Source of the DNA: a virus
Lineage: Duplodnaviria; Caudoviricetes
Length of the DNA stretch: 53,134 nt
Virus record (IMG/VR): IMGVR_UViG_3300045825_000032
Span: 1-53,134 of that record
Strand: one strand, 5' to 3'
Shown here piece by piece: positions 35,273 to 44,866 of the stretch. Both the position numbers and the translations under genes were made by a program. Within the stretch, counting starts at the first letter, position 1; each line of letters starts with the position of its first letter. Below the pieces are notes generated by a model. That model searched no databases and was not told where the DNA came from. It was given only the letters and a program-made list of their open reading frames with translations.

Positions 35273-36061
35273 ATGGCTGACGCAGAAGATAATATTGGTG
35301 GAAACACCGAAGAAACTAAAGAAGTAACCTTTACCGCTGCTGAAGAAAAGGCAATGGAACAAGGATGGGTCCCTGAAAACGAATGGGAAGGTGACCCTGA
35401 CAAATGGCGACCTGCTAAAGAATTTCTAGACCGGGGAGAATTGTTTAAAAAGATTGATGACCAAAATCGCAGTCTTAAACAAGTTAAACAAGCCTTAGAA
35501 GACTTAAGCAAGCATCACGCCAAAGTCCGTGAAACTGAGTATGCACGAGCACTCGATTCCCTCAAAGCACAGAAAGTTACTGCTTTGGAAGAAGGAGATG
35601 CTGCTGCTGTAGTTAAACTGGATGACCAAATTGATTTGGTTAAAGATGCCCAGACTCAACTGAAATTGCAACCTACAGGTACACAAGAACCTGCACAGGT
35701 TAATCCTGAGTTCACAAACTGGATGAATCGCAATAAGTGGTACGAGTCTGATGATGGTATGCGGGGTTGGGCAGATGCAGTTGGTCGCCGTTTGGCGGCA
35801 ACTGGCCTATCTCCTAGTGCTGTCTTGGCAGAAGTAGAGAAACAGATTAAGACTGAATTCCCGAATAAGTTCCGTAATCCCAATAGGGATAAACCGGGCA
35901 GCGTGGAAGGCAGTTCTAGTAAAGGTGGAAAGGCTAAGGACGACTATGCCCTTTCCGACGATGAGAATCGAGCAATGCAGCGTTTTATCAAGACTATTCC
36001 GGGGTTTTCAAAAGAAACCTATATTGCGGAATTAAAAGCCCTTGATGCAAGACGTTCATAA
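35273..36061 (+). CDS. Capsid scaffolding protein
   Basis: Acidic, coiled-coil protein between the portal and capsid genes. Confidence 0.65.
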   Translation: MADAEDNIGGNTEETKEVTFTAAEEKAMEQGWVPENEWEGDPDKWRPAKEFLDRGELFKKIDDQNRSLKQVKQALEDLSKHHAKVRETEYARALDSLKAQKVTALEEGDAAAVVKLDDQIDLVKDAQTQLKLQPTGTQEPAQVNPEFTNWMNRNKWYESDDGMRGWADAVGRRLAATGLSPSAVLAEVEKQIKTEFPNKFRNPNRDKPGSVEGSSSKGGKAKDDYALSDDENRAMQRFIKTIPGFSKETYIAELKALDARRS

Positions 36062-36075
36062 ATAGGAGCTTAATT

Positions 36076-36489
36076 ATGAGTAACGAAAAAGAAGCTATTG
36101 CGAAAGCGCCGAGTGGCCGCAAGCAACGCACCCCGATAGGGCAGCGAAATGTTTTAACCGTAAGCGGAAAAGACCCCGAGTACGTATATAGAATTGTAAA
36201 TGACGTTGGAGACAACGTGCAGCGGTTCCTCGATGCTGGTTATGAGCCAGAAAAAGCGGATGCCGTGAAGGTAGGCGATAAACGTGTAAACAATGCTTCG
36301 GCAGAGGGAACCGTTAGTCAGATGAGTGTCGGACAAGGCATCAAGGGTTTAGTAATGAAAATCCGTAGAGAGTGGTACGAAGAGGACCAAGCTCGAAAAC
36401 AAGGCCATGTGGACAACACTGAACGCGCTATCAAAGATAAAGCTCTTGATGGTACTTATGGTAATCTCGAACTAAATGCTCGACTTTAA
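36076..36489 (+). CDS. Hypothetical head-module protein
   Basis: RBS and position in the head module. Confidence 0.65.
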   Translation: MSNEKEAIAKAPSGRKQRTPIGQRNVLTVSGKDPEYVYRIVNDVGDNVQRFLDAGYEPEKADAVKVGDKRVNNASAEGTVSQMSVGQGIKGLVMKIRREWYEEDQARKQGHVDNTERAIKDKALDGTYGNLELNARL

Positions 36490-36538
36490 CTAAACTAAGT
36501 GCCATTAGGATTAATCATTTAAATATGGAGAATTGCTA

Positions 36539-37165
36539 ATGGCAAGTGTTTCTAGAATTAACGGGTTTCGGCCTGTTAAATCAATCACGGGAGCGCCCTA
36601 TAATGGTGGTGCAAACGTGTATTTTATGCCCGCTTCTGACTCTACTGTAGTCATGGTTGGCGATGCGGTTAAACTCTTGGGTGATGCCCGAGCCGCATCT
36701 GGTGTTCCTACGGTGACTCGTGCAGGCGCTACGGATATTCCGGTTGGTGTGGTGGTTGGTATTCTCTTCAGTGGTATTGCCAATGAAGCTCAGAATACTC
36801 CTCCGGTCAATGACCTGAATACCCCAATTTATCGTCGTGCTTCTACTGACCGCTATTTGCTGGTTTCGGATGACCCGAATCTGGTTTATGAAGTTCAGTA
36901 TGCTGGTACGTCTGTGGCTGCTGCTACTATTACAGCTAACGTGGGTTTGAATGGTCAGTTTACGACTACGGCAGGCTCGACGACCTCTGGTTCGTCTGGT
37001 ATGCAGTTGGATTCTGCTGGCTTGGCTACTACGGCTACTCTCCCCCTCAAGATTGTTGGTTTCCCCAATCGTCCTGATAACATCCCCGGTGATACCTTTT
37101 TCAGTTACTATGTGAAGCTCAATACGACTTCGTTCAGTACTGGTACTGGTGCTGCTGGCGTTTAA
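36539..37165 (+). CDS. Putative capsid decoration/minor capsid protein
   Basis: Beta-rich protein directly before the major capsid gene, with highly expressed codon bias. Confidence 0.55.
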   Translation: MASVSRINGFRPVKSITGAPYNGGANVYFMPASDSTVVMVGDAVKLLGDARAASGVPTVTRAGATDIPVGVVVGILFSGIANEAQNTPPVNDLNTPIYRRASTDRYLLVSDDPNLVYEVQYAGTSVAAATITANVGLNGQFTTTAGSTTSGSSGMQLDSAGLATTATLPLKIVGFPNRPDNIPGDTFFSYYVKLNTTSFSTGTGAAGV

Positions 37166-37185
37166 TAGTTAAAGGAGAGATATAA

Positions 37186-38094
37186 ATGTCAGTTATGAAT
37201 AGTGGCTCATTTGCAAAGGCCCTCTGGCCCGGCGTAAATGCGTGGTATGGTAAATCTTACGGTGAATATGCCGTTGAGTGGGATGGTTTGTTTGACAAGA
37301 ATACGTCAAGCAAAATGTTCGAGGAGGATGTTGGTGTTTCGTCTTTTGGTCTTGCTGTAAGTAAGGCTGAGGGTGCTCCCATCTCCTACGATAGTGAACG
37401 TCAAGCTTTCATCACGCGTTATCAACACGTCGTGTATGGTCTGGGCTTCATTATCACCCGTGAAATCATGGAAGACGACCAGTATGACATCGTTGGTCAG
37501 CGCAAAGCACAAGGCTTGGCTTTCTCGATGCGTCAGACTAAAGAGATTGTTGGTGCTAACATCTACAATCGTGCTTTCAACAGTGCTTTCGTTGGTGGTG
37601 ATGGTGTTTCCCTGATTAACGCTTCGCACGTTAACATCAAAGGTGGTACTTGGTCTAACCAGATTGCTACTGCTGCCGACTTGTCGGAAGCTGCGCTGGA
37701 ACAAGCCTGTATTGATATCGCTGGTTTCACCAATGATGCTGGTCTTCTGATTGCGGTTAAACCCGAAACTCTGATTATCCCGCGTCAATTGATTTTTGAA
37801 GCTAAGCGTATCTTGGGTACGGAAGGCCGAGTTGGTACGGATAACAACGATTTGAATGCTATCAAGACTCTTGGTGCCATTCCGAAGATTGTTACTAACC
37901 ACTTCTTGACCGATACGGACGCATGGTTCATTCGTACTAACGTGCCGCACGGCATGAAGTATTTTGAGCGTCGTGCTGATTCGTTCGATATGGACAACGA
38001 TTGGGATACTGAGAACGCCAAGTTTAAGGCTACTGGTCGTTACAGCTTTGGCTGGACTGACCCCCGTGGTCTGTACGCCTCTGCTGGTGCTTAA
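37186..38094 (+). CDS. Major capsid protein
   Basis: 302 aa with a strong RBS, biased codons, HK97-like features and a following terminator. Confidence 0.85.
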   Translation: MSVMNSGSFAKALWPGVNAWYGKSYGEYAVEWDGLFDKNTSSKMFEEDVGVSSFGLAVSKAEGAPISYDSERQAFITRYQHVVYGLGFIITREIMEDDQYDIVGQRKAQGLAFSMRQTKEIVGANIYNRAFNSAFVGGDGVSLINASHVNIKGGTWSNQIATAADLSEAALEQACIDIAGFTNDAGLLIAVKPETLIIPRQLIFEAKRILGTEGRVGTDNNDLNAIKTLGAIPKIVTNHFLTDTDAWFIRTNVPHGMKYFERRADSFDMDNDWDTENAKFKATGRYSFGWTDPRGLYASAGA

Positions 38095-38102
38095 TAACCA
38101 TA

Positions 38103-38123
38103 TGGCCCCTTCGGGGGCTATTT
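38103..38123 (+). terminator. Terminator-like hairpin after the major capsid gene
   Basis: TGGCCCC-TTCG-GGGGCTA-TTT. Confidence 0.65.
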
Positions 38124-38135
38124 AAAGGATAAAAT

Positions 38136-38591
38136 ATGGCTATTATTGTTACTCAAGGACAAGTTGCGGTAAGCGACCCTTCTCCTACGGGACCAACAGC
38201 AAATAGTAATGTCAAGGACGTAGTTGTTAAGGTAGTTAAACTTACCTCTGCAAACTTCAGTACTGGTGGTGTTAATACCCAAGTGGCAACGCTTGCGGCT
38301 GACGCTACTATCCTTGGTATGCGTTTGTGGGTTAAAACCCAGTTGGCTGGTGGTGGTATTACTGCTGCTACCTACAGTGTGGGTTCTGCCTCAGCAGGTA
38401 CTCAGTTTGTGAATGCTATTACCGCTTTTGGTACGGCAGGCGCTTATGCTGTTGTTACTCCTATTTCTGGTATCATGCAAAACTATGCAATCCCTTTTGG
38501 GGGTGATATTCCGATTTGGGTGAACGGTACTGCTACCACAGGTACTCCTACCTCTGGTGAACTGTATCTCGTAATCGAATACGTGCGATAA
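38136..38591 (+). CDS. Virion structural protein
   Basis: Position and composition. Confidence 0.55.
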   Translation: MAIIVTQGQVAVSDPSPTGPTANSNVKDVVVKVVKLTSANFSTGGVNTQVATLAADATILGMRLWVKTQLAGGGITAATYSVGSASAGTQFVNAITAFGTAGAYAVVTPISGIMQNYAIPFGGDIPIWVNGTATTGTPTSGELYLVIEYVR

Positions 38592-38599
38592 ACAAGACT

Positions 38600-38623
38600 G
38601 GGGGATTCGTCCCCCTTTCTTTT
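38600..38623 (+). terminator. Intrinsic terminator
   Basis: GGGGGA-TTCG-TCCCCC-TTTCTTTT. Confidence 0.8.
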
Positions 38624-38636
38624 AAGGAATATATAA

Positions 38637-38954
38637 ATGCGACCAAAGAGTGTAACTCAAACTGGTACTGGAACGACGGCTTGGTTTCCCCTTGACCGTA
38701 TGCAAGCCCCATTCAATGTGGGCATCGGTGTTGTCCTTGTCTCAGGTACGGCTACTTACACAGTAGAACACACCTTCGACAATGTTCTGGACCCGGCTGT
38801 AGTGTCTCCGGTTGCCTTCCCGAACTCTGGCCTAACGGCACAGACTACAAGTAAAGATGGTAATTATGCTGCCCCTGTGTGTGCAGTCCGTCTTAACGTA
38901 ACTGCGGGTGCTGCCCCAGTTGTTAAAATGACAATTCTACAAGGAATCCGATAA
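38637..38954 (+). CDS. Virion protein
   Basis: Beta-rich protein with an RBS. Confidence 0.55.
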   Translation: MRPKSVTQTGTGTTAWFPLDRMQAPFNVGIGVVLVSGTATYTVEHTFDNVLDPAVVSPVAFPNSGLTAQTTSKDGNYAAPVCAVRLNVTAGAAPVVKMTILQGIR

Positions 38955-39427
38955 TGCAATTCGATGACTTCATGCAGGTCTTGGACCTTATCAAGAATCC
39001 TAAAGATTATGAAGCTAAAGTAAAAGACCTTATTGCCCAACAAAAAGCTATTCAAGATTCTATTGATGAATTGAATATTAAGGGTGATATTGGTAAGGCT
39101 CGTGATGATGCCAATACTTTAGTTAAACAAGCTAAGGCAAAAGTAGAAGCAGCTAATAAACAAGCTGCTGATATTATTGCTGGTGCTCAAGCATCCTTTG
39201 ATAAACGCAATGCTGAACTTCAAGTAAGGGAAGTTATTGCTGACCAAAAGTTTGCTGATTATAATACAATGAAAGCACAAGAAGCAGCCCGTAATGAGGC
39301 TCTCCGAGTGCAAGAGAAACAACTCTCTGCTATGCAAGCAGACTTGGAAAGCACTAAGGCAACCCTTCGTAGCGCCCAAGCAGAAGTTGATGAGCGTTTG
39401 AATAAACTACGACAAGCAATGGGGTAA
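38954..39427 (+). CDS. Coiled-coil protein
   Basis: Heptad-rich sequence. Confidence 0.6.
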   Translation: MQFDDFMQVLDLIKNPKDYEAKVKDLIAQQKAIQDSIDELNIKGDIGKARDDANTLVKQAKAKVEAANKQAADIIAGAQASFDKRNAELQVREVIADQKFADYNTMKAQEAARNEALRVQEKQLSAMQADLESTKATLRSAQAEVDERLNKLRQAMG

Positions 39428-39430
39428 TAT

Positions 39431-39646
39431 ATGGGTGTTTCCTTTTCTGATGCAACAGAATATACACTAGAAAAGGTCCCCGGACTAAGTATCCCGATTC
39501 ATGACTATATATCCCAAGCACAAAATGCTACTCAAGATATATGGTCATTCTTTTTCGGTGGCTCTGGTGGAACTCTTGTAGCGACAGTTACAATCACATA
39601 CACCGATGCTACCAAAGCAACAATAGCTAGTGTAGCTAAGACATAA
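39431..39646 (+). CDS. Small virion protein
   Basis: Coupled ORF. Confidence 0.55.
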   Translation: MGVSFSDATEYTLEKVPGLSIPIHDYISQAQNATQDIWSFFFGGSGGTLVATVTITYTDATKATIASVAKT

Positions 39647-41178
39647 TGGCATATACCTTTAATCCTCTTAGTGGTAAGTTTGATTACTTTGAACCTAGCA
39701 CGGGTACTCCCGGCCCACAAGGTCCAACTGGACCACAAGGCCCAATGGGTGCCCCTATTCCCGGTGAAGACGGCGTAGATGGTGAAGTTGGCCCCCCGGG
39801 TCAAGCTGGTCCTATAGGCCCACAGGGTCCCGCAGGAGCCGATGGTTCCTCAGGTGTTGCTGGTCCTCAGGGACCAATGGGACCTCCGGGGTTAATGGGG
39901 GATGATGGTTTAGATGGAGATGCAGGTCCTCCCGGACTTGCTGGACCACAAGGTACTCAAGGTATCCAAGGTGATCCGGGTTCTACAGGAGCCACTGGTC
40001 CTGCTGGATTGATGGGTACTCCCGGTAATGATGGTATTGACGGTGAGGATGGTTTAACTATTCCCGGACCACAGGGACCTGCTGGTTCTGCTGGTAGTCC
40101 CGGAAGTGCTGGAGCTACTGGTCCTTCTGGACCTCCCGGCTTTGGTATGGATGGACAAGATGGAGAGGATGGTTGGTCTATTCCGGGTCCTCAAGGCCCT
40201 ACAGGAGCAACTGGCGGTGGAGGTGGAGGAGGTAGTTCTACTTATACTACCATTGAGACTAACCTTAGTGCCAGTCAATATATTAATAGAGGAAGTAAAC
40301 AATTATTCTTCCATATTGAAACCTCTGTTAGAGGCGAGTCTGCTGTTCCGACAGGGAATGCTTCTTTATCAGAATGGCCTCCAGAATCTCCAGACTCAGC
40401 AGGACAACTTGCGGGACACCTATCTACTAGTACAGGAGCAGAGGGCTTCCTACTTAATAAACCTACTACCAAAGATGAAACTTATGTAGCAGGTACTTCT
40501 ATGCCTACCACAGCCCCTCCAGCGGTTGCTCATAGGTTTGGTTGGTTCTCTGATATTACCTATACTGGTATAATTACTCCCGGTATGTGGACATTCCAGT
40601 GGCGGGAAGATGATACTAACGTAGGACTTGCAGGTAATCCTGTCATAGCTTTGTTTGCATCTACTACTAGAGACTTTACTGGTTCTATGCGATTTCTAGG
40701 AGAACTCTCTGGATTCCAAGACTGGTGGTTAGCTTCTACTAATGCCATAGGGCAATTAAATAAAGCTTTAGATACTATTACATTAACTAATGAGTATCTT
40801 TTTGTATTACTGTGGTGTCATGAAACTTCTGGTTTTACTGCTGGACAGACACTGACATTTAATACAGAGGGTTCAGACCTTGACAACAATAATCGTTCTT
40901 GGCTCCGTACTCCTCCATATCGAGAATTAGTCTCTGGTCCTCAGTACACTGGAAACTTTACAATTTCTGGAACTGGACTTACAGCAGGAAAAGTAGTGTC
41001 TATCCAACAAGCAGCAGGACCTTATACTAATAAGGGAGATAGAGCAGATGAAGCAGAGATGGACCAAGTTCATGTAACTGGATATGTTCTGAATTCTACC
41101 ACAATACAAGCATACTGGAGTAGTGATAAATCACCTATGGCTGGTAATGTCAAATTTAATTATTTAGTGAGTGCATAA
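39646..41178 (+). CDS. Collagen-like fibre protein
   Basis: About 170 aa of interrupted Gly-X-Y repeats followed by a globular region. Confidence 0.85.
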   Translation: MAYTFNPLSGKFDYFEPSTGTPGPQGPTGPQGPMGAPIPGEDGVDGEVGPPGQAGPIGPQGPAGADGSSGVAGPQGPMGPPGLMGDDGLDGDAGPPGLAGPQGTQGIQGDPGSTGATGPAGLMGTPGNDGIDGEDGLTIPGPQGPAGSAGSPGSAGATGPSGPPGFGMDGQDGEDGWSIPGPQGPTGATGGGGGGGSSTYTTIETNLSASQYINRGSKQLFFHIETSVRGESAVPTGNASLSEWPPESPDSAGQLAGHLSTSTGAEGFLLNKPTTKDETYVAGTSMPTTAPPAVAHRFGWFSDITYTGIITPGMWTFQWREDDTNVGLAGNPVIALFASTTRDFTGSMRFLGELSGFQDWWLASTNAIGQLNKALDTITLTNEYLFVLLWCHETSGFTAGQTLTFNTEGSDLDNNNRSWLRTPPYRELVSGPQYTGNFTISGTGLTAGKVVSIQQAAGPYTNKGDRADEAEMDQVHVTGYVLNSTTIQAYWSSDKSPMAGNVKFNYLVSA

Positions 41179-41849
41179 TGGCAATCATCCAATCAGGCGT
41201 AACTACTGACCTTTTAACCGTAGACCCTACAACCAAGGCGGCTAGGATTACCTCCAAACCCACAGAGTATGGTGCTCTTGGGCATTACAAATGGGGGTCC
41301 TCTACTGGTATCCTTCCAGCGGCTTTAGCAGCTAACTCAGAGATTGTCCAGTTTCGTTGGTCGAACGCTACTAACCTTTGCCTTATAACAAAGATTCGTG
41401 TTTCTGCTGCTGTCACGACTACCTTCTTTGCTGCTGGTGTTCCTGTTGAGATTGATATTATTAAATCTACTGCATGGACTGTTGCTGGTACTGGAGGTAC
41501 TGCCCCAACCTTAGCTGCTACACTGAAGGCCCGTGCTAGTATGGGTAATAGTCTTATGGTTGCTGGAGACTTACGTATTGCTACTACAGCAGCATTAGGT
41601 GCCGGTACTAAGACACTTGAAGCAAACTCTTTAGCATCTCTGGTAGCCGCAGGACCTATTACTGCTTCTTTGAATGGTACTATTATTGCTCCGGGAACGG
41701 TGATATGGGAACCAGACATGGGGGATGGTGAGCATCCTTTGCTTCTGGGGACAAATGAGGGATTCTCTATTCGTAGTGTAGCAGTTCCTGCTACTGGTAC
41801 TTGGAGATTTTCAGTAAATATTAATTGGGTTGAACTTTCTGCTTTCTAA
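41178..41849 (+). CDS. Virion protein
   Basis: Ala/Thr/Gly-rich coupled ORF. Confidence 0.55.
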   Translation: MAIIQSGVTTDLLTVDPTTKAARITSKPTEYGALGHYKWGSSTGILPAALAANSEIVQFRWSNATNLCLITKIRVSAAVTTTFFAAGVPVEIDIIKSTAWTVAGTGGTAPTLAATLKARASMGNSLMVAGDLRIATTAALGAGTKTLEANSLASLVAAGPITASLNGTIIAPGTVIWEPDMGDGEHPLLLGTNEGFSIRSVAVPATGTWRFSVNINWVELSAF

Positions 41850-41860
41850 GGATAATAAAA

Positions 41861-42154
41861 ATGGCAATAGGAGCATCAGGGAATAGGATAGTAATTCTAG
41901 CTAGGAATATAGGTGTAAATCTCGATTCCATTGGACGAACAGTAATTTTAGTTAATTATAGATTATCGGAGGCTACTATTGATGGAGCACGGCAAGATGG
42001 TCTTCTGGAAAATACAGAAAGTCTTCTTGCTGAGTTTGAACCCACAGATAGTGAGATTGAAGCCACTCTTCGTGAAGAACTAGCTATTAGATTGTCAGAG
42101 GATTTCTTTCCTGCTGAATTCCTTAGTTCAGACATTCGGGGACTTAAAATATGA
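41861..42154 (+). CDS. Hypothetical protein
   Basis: RBS followed by an ORF. Confidence 0.55.
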   Translation: MAIGASGNRIVILARNIGVNLDSIGRTVILVNYRLSEATIDGARQDGLLENTESLLAEFEPTDSEIEATLREELAIRLSEDFFPAEFLSSDIRGLKI

Positions 42155-42432
42155 GTGATAATCATGGACAGACTGCTAAAATCGCTGCTACTCGTTTTGG
42201 TGCCGTTAGGCATCCTCTTACTGATGCTGAGGGTACTGCTAAAGTAATGCTGGAGTATGTATTCCTTTCTGGTACTACATATCGGGCAGCTAAATATGAA
42301 GTGAGTGTATTAGCTCCTAAAAATGAACAAGACTTTAAAGATTCTGTGAAAGATGCTTTAGTCTATGAATTGCGGGAACATTTTCCCACAGAAGATATAC
42401 GAGCCAAAGACATTATGTTGTTTGGGTTTTAA
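42151..42432 (+). CDS. Hypothetical protein
   Basis: Coupled ORF. Confidence 0.55.
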   Translation: MSDNHGQTAKIAATRFGAVRHPLTDAEGTAKVMLEYVFLSGTTYRAAKYEVSVLAPKNEQDFKDSVKDALVYELREHFPTEDIRAKDIMLFGF

Positions 42433-42449
42433 TTAAAGGATATTATTAA

Positions 42450-42824
42450 ATGGCAGCAAACAAAACAATACGTCTAGGTCCTGTAACGGTAGCTGGAACG
42501 GTTGGTAATCTTTTTAATCCCCCGACGGTAACTGGTGGTGTTAATCCTCCGGGTACGTCTACTAATACTTATTACATTCTGCGGCACATCCGTATTGTAA
42601 ATAAGACTGCTGGGGCAGTTACCTTCTCTGGGTATATTGGTGCTACTGGTGGTTCCGCTGCTGGTACTGAATTTTTGGGTACTGGCCTTTCCATTGCCGC
42701 TAACAGTTATGTTGATTGGTATGGTGCCGTCCGTTTGGACGTAGCTGACTTCCTCACCGGTGTTGCTTCTGCTGCTACCTCTTTGGTTATTGAAGCTGAA
42801 GGCGAAATCGGTATTGCAGGTTAA
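42450..42824 (+). CDS. Virion protein
   Basis: RBS and beta-rich sequence. Confidence 0.55.
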   Translation: MAANKTIRLGPVTVAGTVGNLFNPPTVTGGVNPPGTSTNTYYILRHIRIVNKTAGAVTFSGYIGATGGSAAGTEFLGTGLSIAANSYVDWYGAVRLDVADFLTGVASAATSLVIEAEGEIGIAG

Positions 42825-42826
42825 TC

Positions 42827-43210
42827 ATGCGTAATTGGCTTGACCTAGGAAACTGGAACGCCCTATGCGACAGTTGTGGTAGGAAATTTAAAGCCTCCCA
42901 ACTAAAAAAGCGTTGGGATGGTTTACAGGTCTGTGCTGATGATTGGGAAACTAGGCATCCTTCTGATTTCCTTAGGGTCCAACGAGAACAGATTAGTGTT
43001 CCTTGGTCCCGTCCAGAAGTAACAGATACTTTTATTAGAGATACCTGTGATTTGTGGTCTAGTTCCCCTATGGCAGATTTTGGTACTGCTAATTGTGCTA
43101 CTGTAGGAGGTAACACAAGTATTCGTATTCTTATTGATGTATTTAATCCTGTCGCTATAGCTGGTATTGCTATCACTGGTAGGTCTATCCCCGGAGTAAC
43201 TCGTGTATGA
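42827..43210 (+). CDS. Zinc-binding phage protein
   Basis: CDSCG...WDGLQVC...HP.DF pattern. Confidence 0.6.
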   Translation: MRNWLDLGNWNALCDSCGRKFKASQLKKRWDGLQVCADDWETRHPSDFLRVQREQISVPWSRPEVTDTFIRDTCDLWSSSPMADFGTANCATVGGNTSIRILIDVFNPVAIAGIAITGRSIPGVTRV

Positions 43211-44334
43211 GTACAACTACTTTTGTAAATAATGTAACACCAATTCTAGCTGATTGGCTTAATGACGTAAACTCTGCTGTTTACGGGAACGCTACTTGGA
43301 CTTTCACTGGTATTAATATTAGTGGAAACCTTGCGTTTACAGGTACTGGAAACCGCATCACCGGAGACTTCTCTAATGCGACATTAGCTAATCGGGTGGC
43401 ATTCAAATCCAGTACAGTAAATGGAAATTCTATTTTAGGTATTATTCCAAACGGGACTTCACAAGTTACTGGTTTTGATGCTTTTAATTCTGCTGACCCT
43501 GATAACAGTGGACGAGCTAGATTTAACATTTCAGCACTCGCTGTAACCCTTGAATCAACGGTAACTGGTACAGGAACGAACCTACCTCTGCTAGTGAATG
43601 TTGGCGGCAGCGAGAGGATGCGGATTGATACCAGTGGGAATGTTGGGATTAGTGGAAACCTTGCGTTTACAGGTACTGGAAACCGCATCACCGGAGACTT
43701 CTCTAATGCGACATTAGCTAATCGGGCGATGTTCCAGACGAGTACGGTTAATGGCGGTACAACAGTTGCTGCTATTCCAAATGGTGCTGGAACTATTGCT
43801 GGCTATATGGTGTCGGCAACGGCAGATACGGCAAACTCCTCACAGCTTTATATAAACACCGATAACTCCGCGTTTTATTTTAACTCCACCAAGTTCGGAA
43901 CTGGCACCTTCCTCCCCATGGCGTTCTACACGAGCGGCAGCGAGAGGATGCAGATTGATACCAGTGGGAATGTCCTGCTGAAATCTGCTACTGGTGGACT
44001 CGGCTACGGCACAGGAGCAGGAGGCTCAGTCACTCAGGCTACGAGTAAATCTACTGCGGTTGCTCTGAATACACCTACTGGTCAGATAACGATGAATAAC
44101 GCTGCTTTGGCGGCGGCTACTTCTGTTTCTTTCACCTTGAACAACACCGTTATCGGAGCAAACGACCTGATTCTTGTGCATCGAGTTTCTGGTGGCTCTG
44201 CTGGTGCTTACATAGCTACGGGCGATGGCGTTGGCGTAGGTTCTTGCTCAATCACTGTTCGGAACAATTCGGGCGGCTCTTTGTCAGAGGCGATTGTTCT
44301 GGGCTTTGCAATCATCAAAGGCTCAATAACATGA
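43207..44334 (+). CDS. Tail fibre 1 with two 110-aa repeats
   Basis: Repeated ERM.IDTSGNV and ISGNLAFTGTGNRITGDFSN segments. Confidence 0.75.
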   Translation: MSTTTFVNNVTPILADWLNDVNSAVYGNATWTFTGINISGNLAFTGTGNRITGDFSNATLANRVAFKSSTVNGNSILGIIPNGTSQVTGFDAFNSADPDNSGRARFNISALAVTLESTVTGTGTNLPLLVNVGGSERMRIDTSGNVGISGNLAFTGTGNRITGDFSNATLANRAMFQTSTVNGGTTVAAIPNGAGTIAGYMVSATADTANSSQLYINTDNSAFYFNSTKFGTGTFLPMAFYTSGSERMQIDTSGNVLLKSATGGLGYGTGAGGSVTQATSKSTAVALNTPTGQITMNNAALAAATSVSFTLNNTVIGANDLILVHRVSGGSAGAYIATGDGVGVGSCSITVRNNSGGSLSEAIVLGFAIIKGSIT

Positions 44335-44864
44335 ACGTAATAGCAACCCTTCTGCTATTTATCCCGCTAGAAGTAGCGGGGCTGGTCATGTCGCTAGTGG
44401 CGATGGTGTTTTGCTGGCTGATTGCTTTGTTCGTTGACAAAGATGGAAACCTGCCAAAGTACCTGCGCTGGTTTCAAACTCCAGATGCTACTTGTTTTGA
44501 TGAAATGTGGGTAGCCGAACACCCTACTTGGAGCAAGTACAAAATAGCTCTTACTTGGATAGCCCGCAATCCCGCCTATGGATTCAGGAAATGGGTTGGG
44601 ATAAAGGTTTCACCGATTGCAAAGACCTACGGAGATATTGAGATTGGTGATGGGGAACTAGGTAAAGCAGGATGGTTTTTGCTTATTGATGAACAGGGAT
44701 TCTGGAATTACACCTACGTCATTGATCTAAAAAACAAAAGCTGTATGCGCGGCACTTTAGGCTGGAACCTTATTCCTATTGCCAAAGGTTACGACAGTGT
44801 TAATTCGGGAATGCTGGAAACAGACTTCCTGAGGTTTTATTCTTTCGGTGTAACTGGACACTAA
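44331..44864 (+). CDS. Fibre-associated membrane protein
   Basis: Hydrophobic N-terminus, WFQTPD and W..RNPAYGF motifs. Confidence 0.55.
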   Translation: MNVIATLLLFIPLEVAGLVMSLVAMVFCWLIALFVDKDGNLPKYLRWFQTPDATCFDEMWVAEHPTWSKYKIALTWIARNPAYGFRKWVGIKVSPIAKTYGDIEIGDGELGKAGWFLLIDEQGFWNYTYVIDLKNKSCMRGTLGWNLIPIAKGYDSVNSGMLETDFLRFYSFGVTGH

Positions 44865-44866
44865 AT

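Noticed and set aside
36500-36509. TGCCATTAGG shared with 28671-28680 as a late promoter
   Set aside because: A single 10-mer match is expected by chance in a genome of this size.
37306-37950. Long antisense ORFs over the capsid and other genes
   Set aside because: They are explained by codon bias on the coding strand and have no RBS or recognisable motifs.
43318-43973. Diversity-generating retroelement
   Set aside because: No reverse transcriptase was found and the repeat differences are not adenine-specific.
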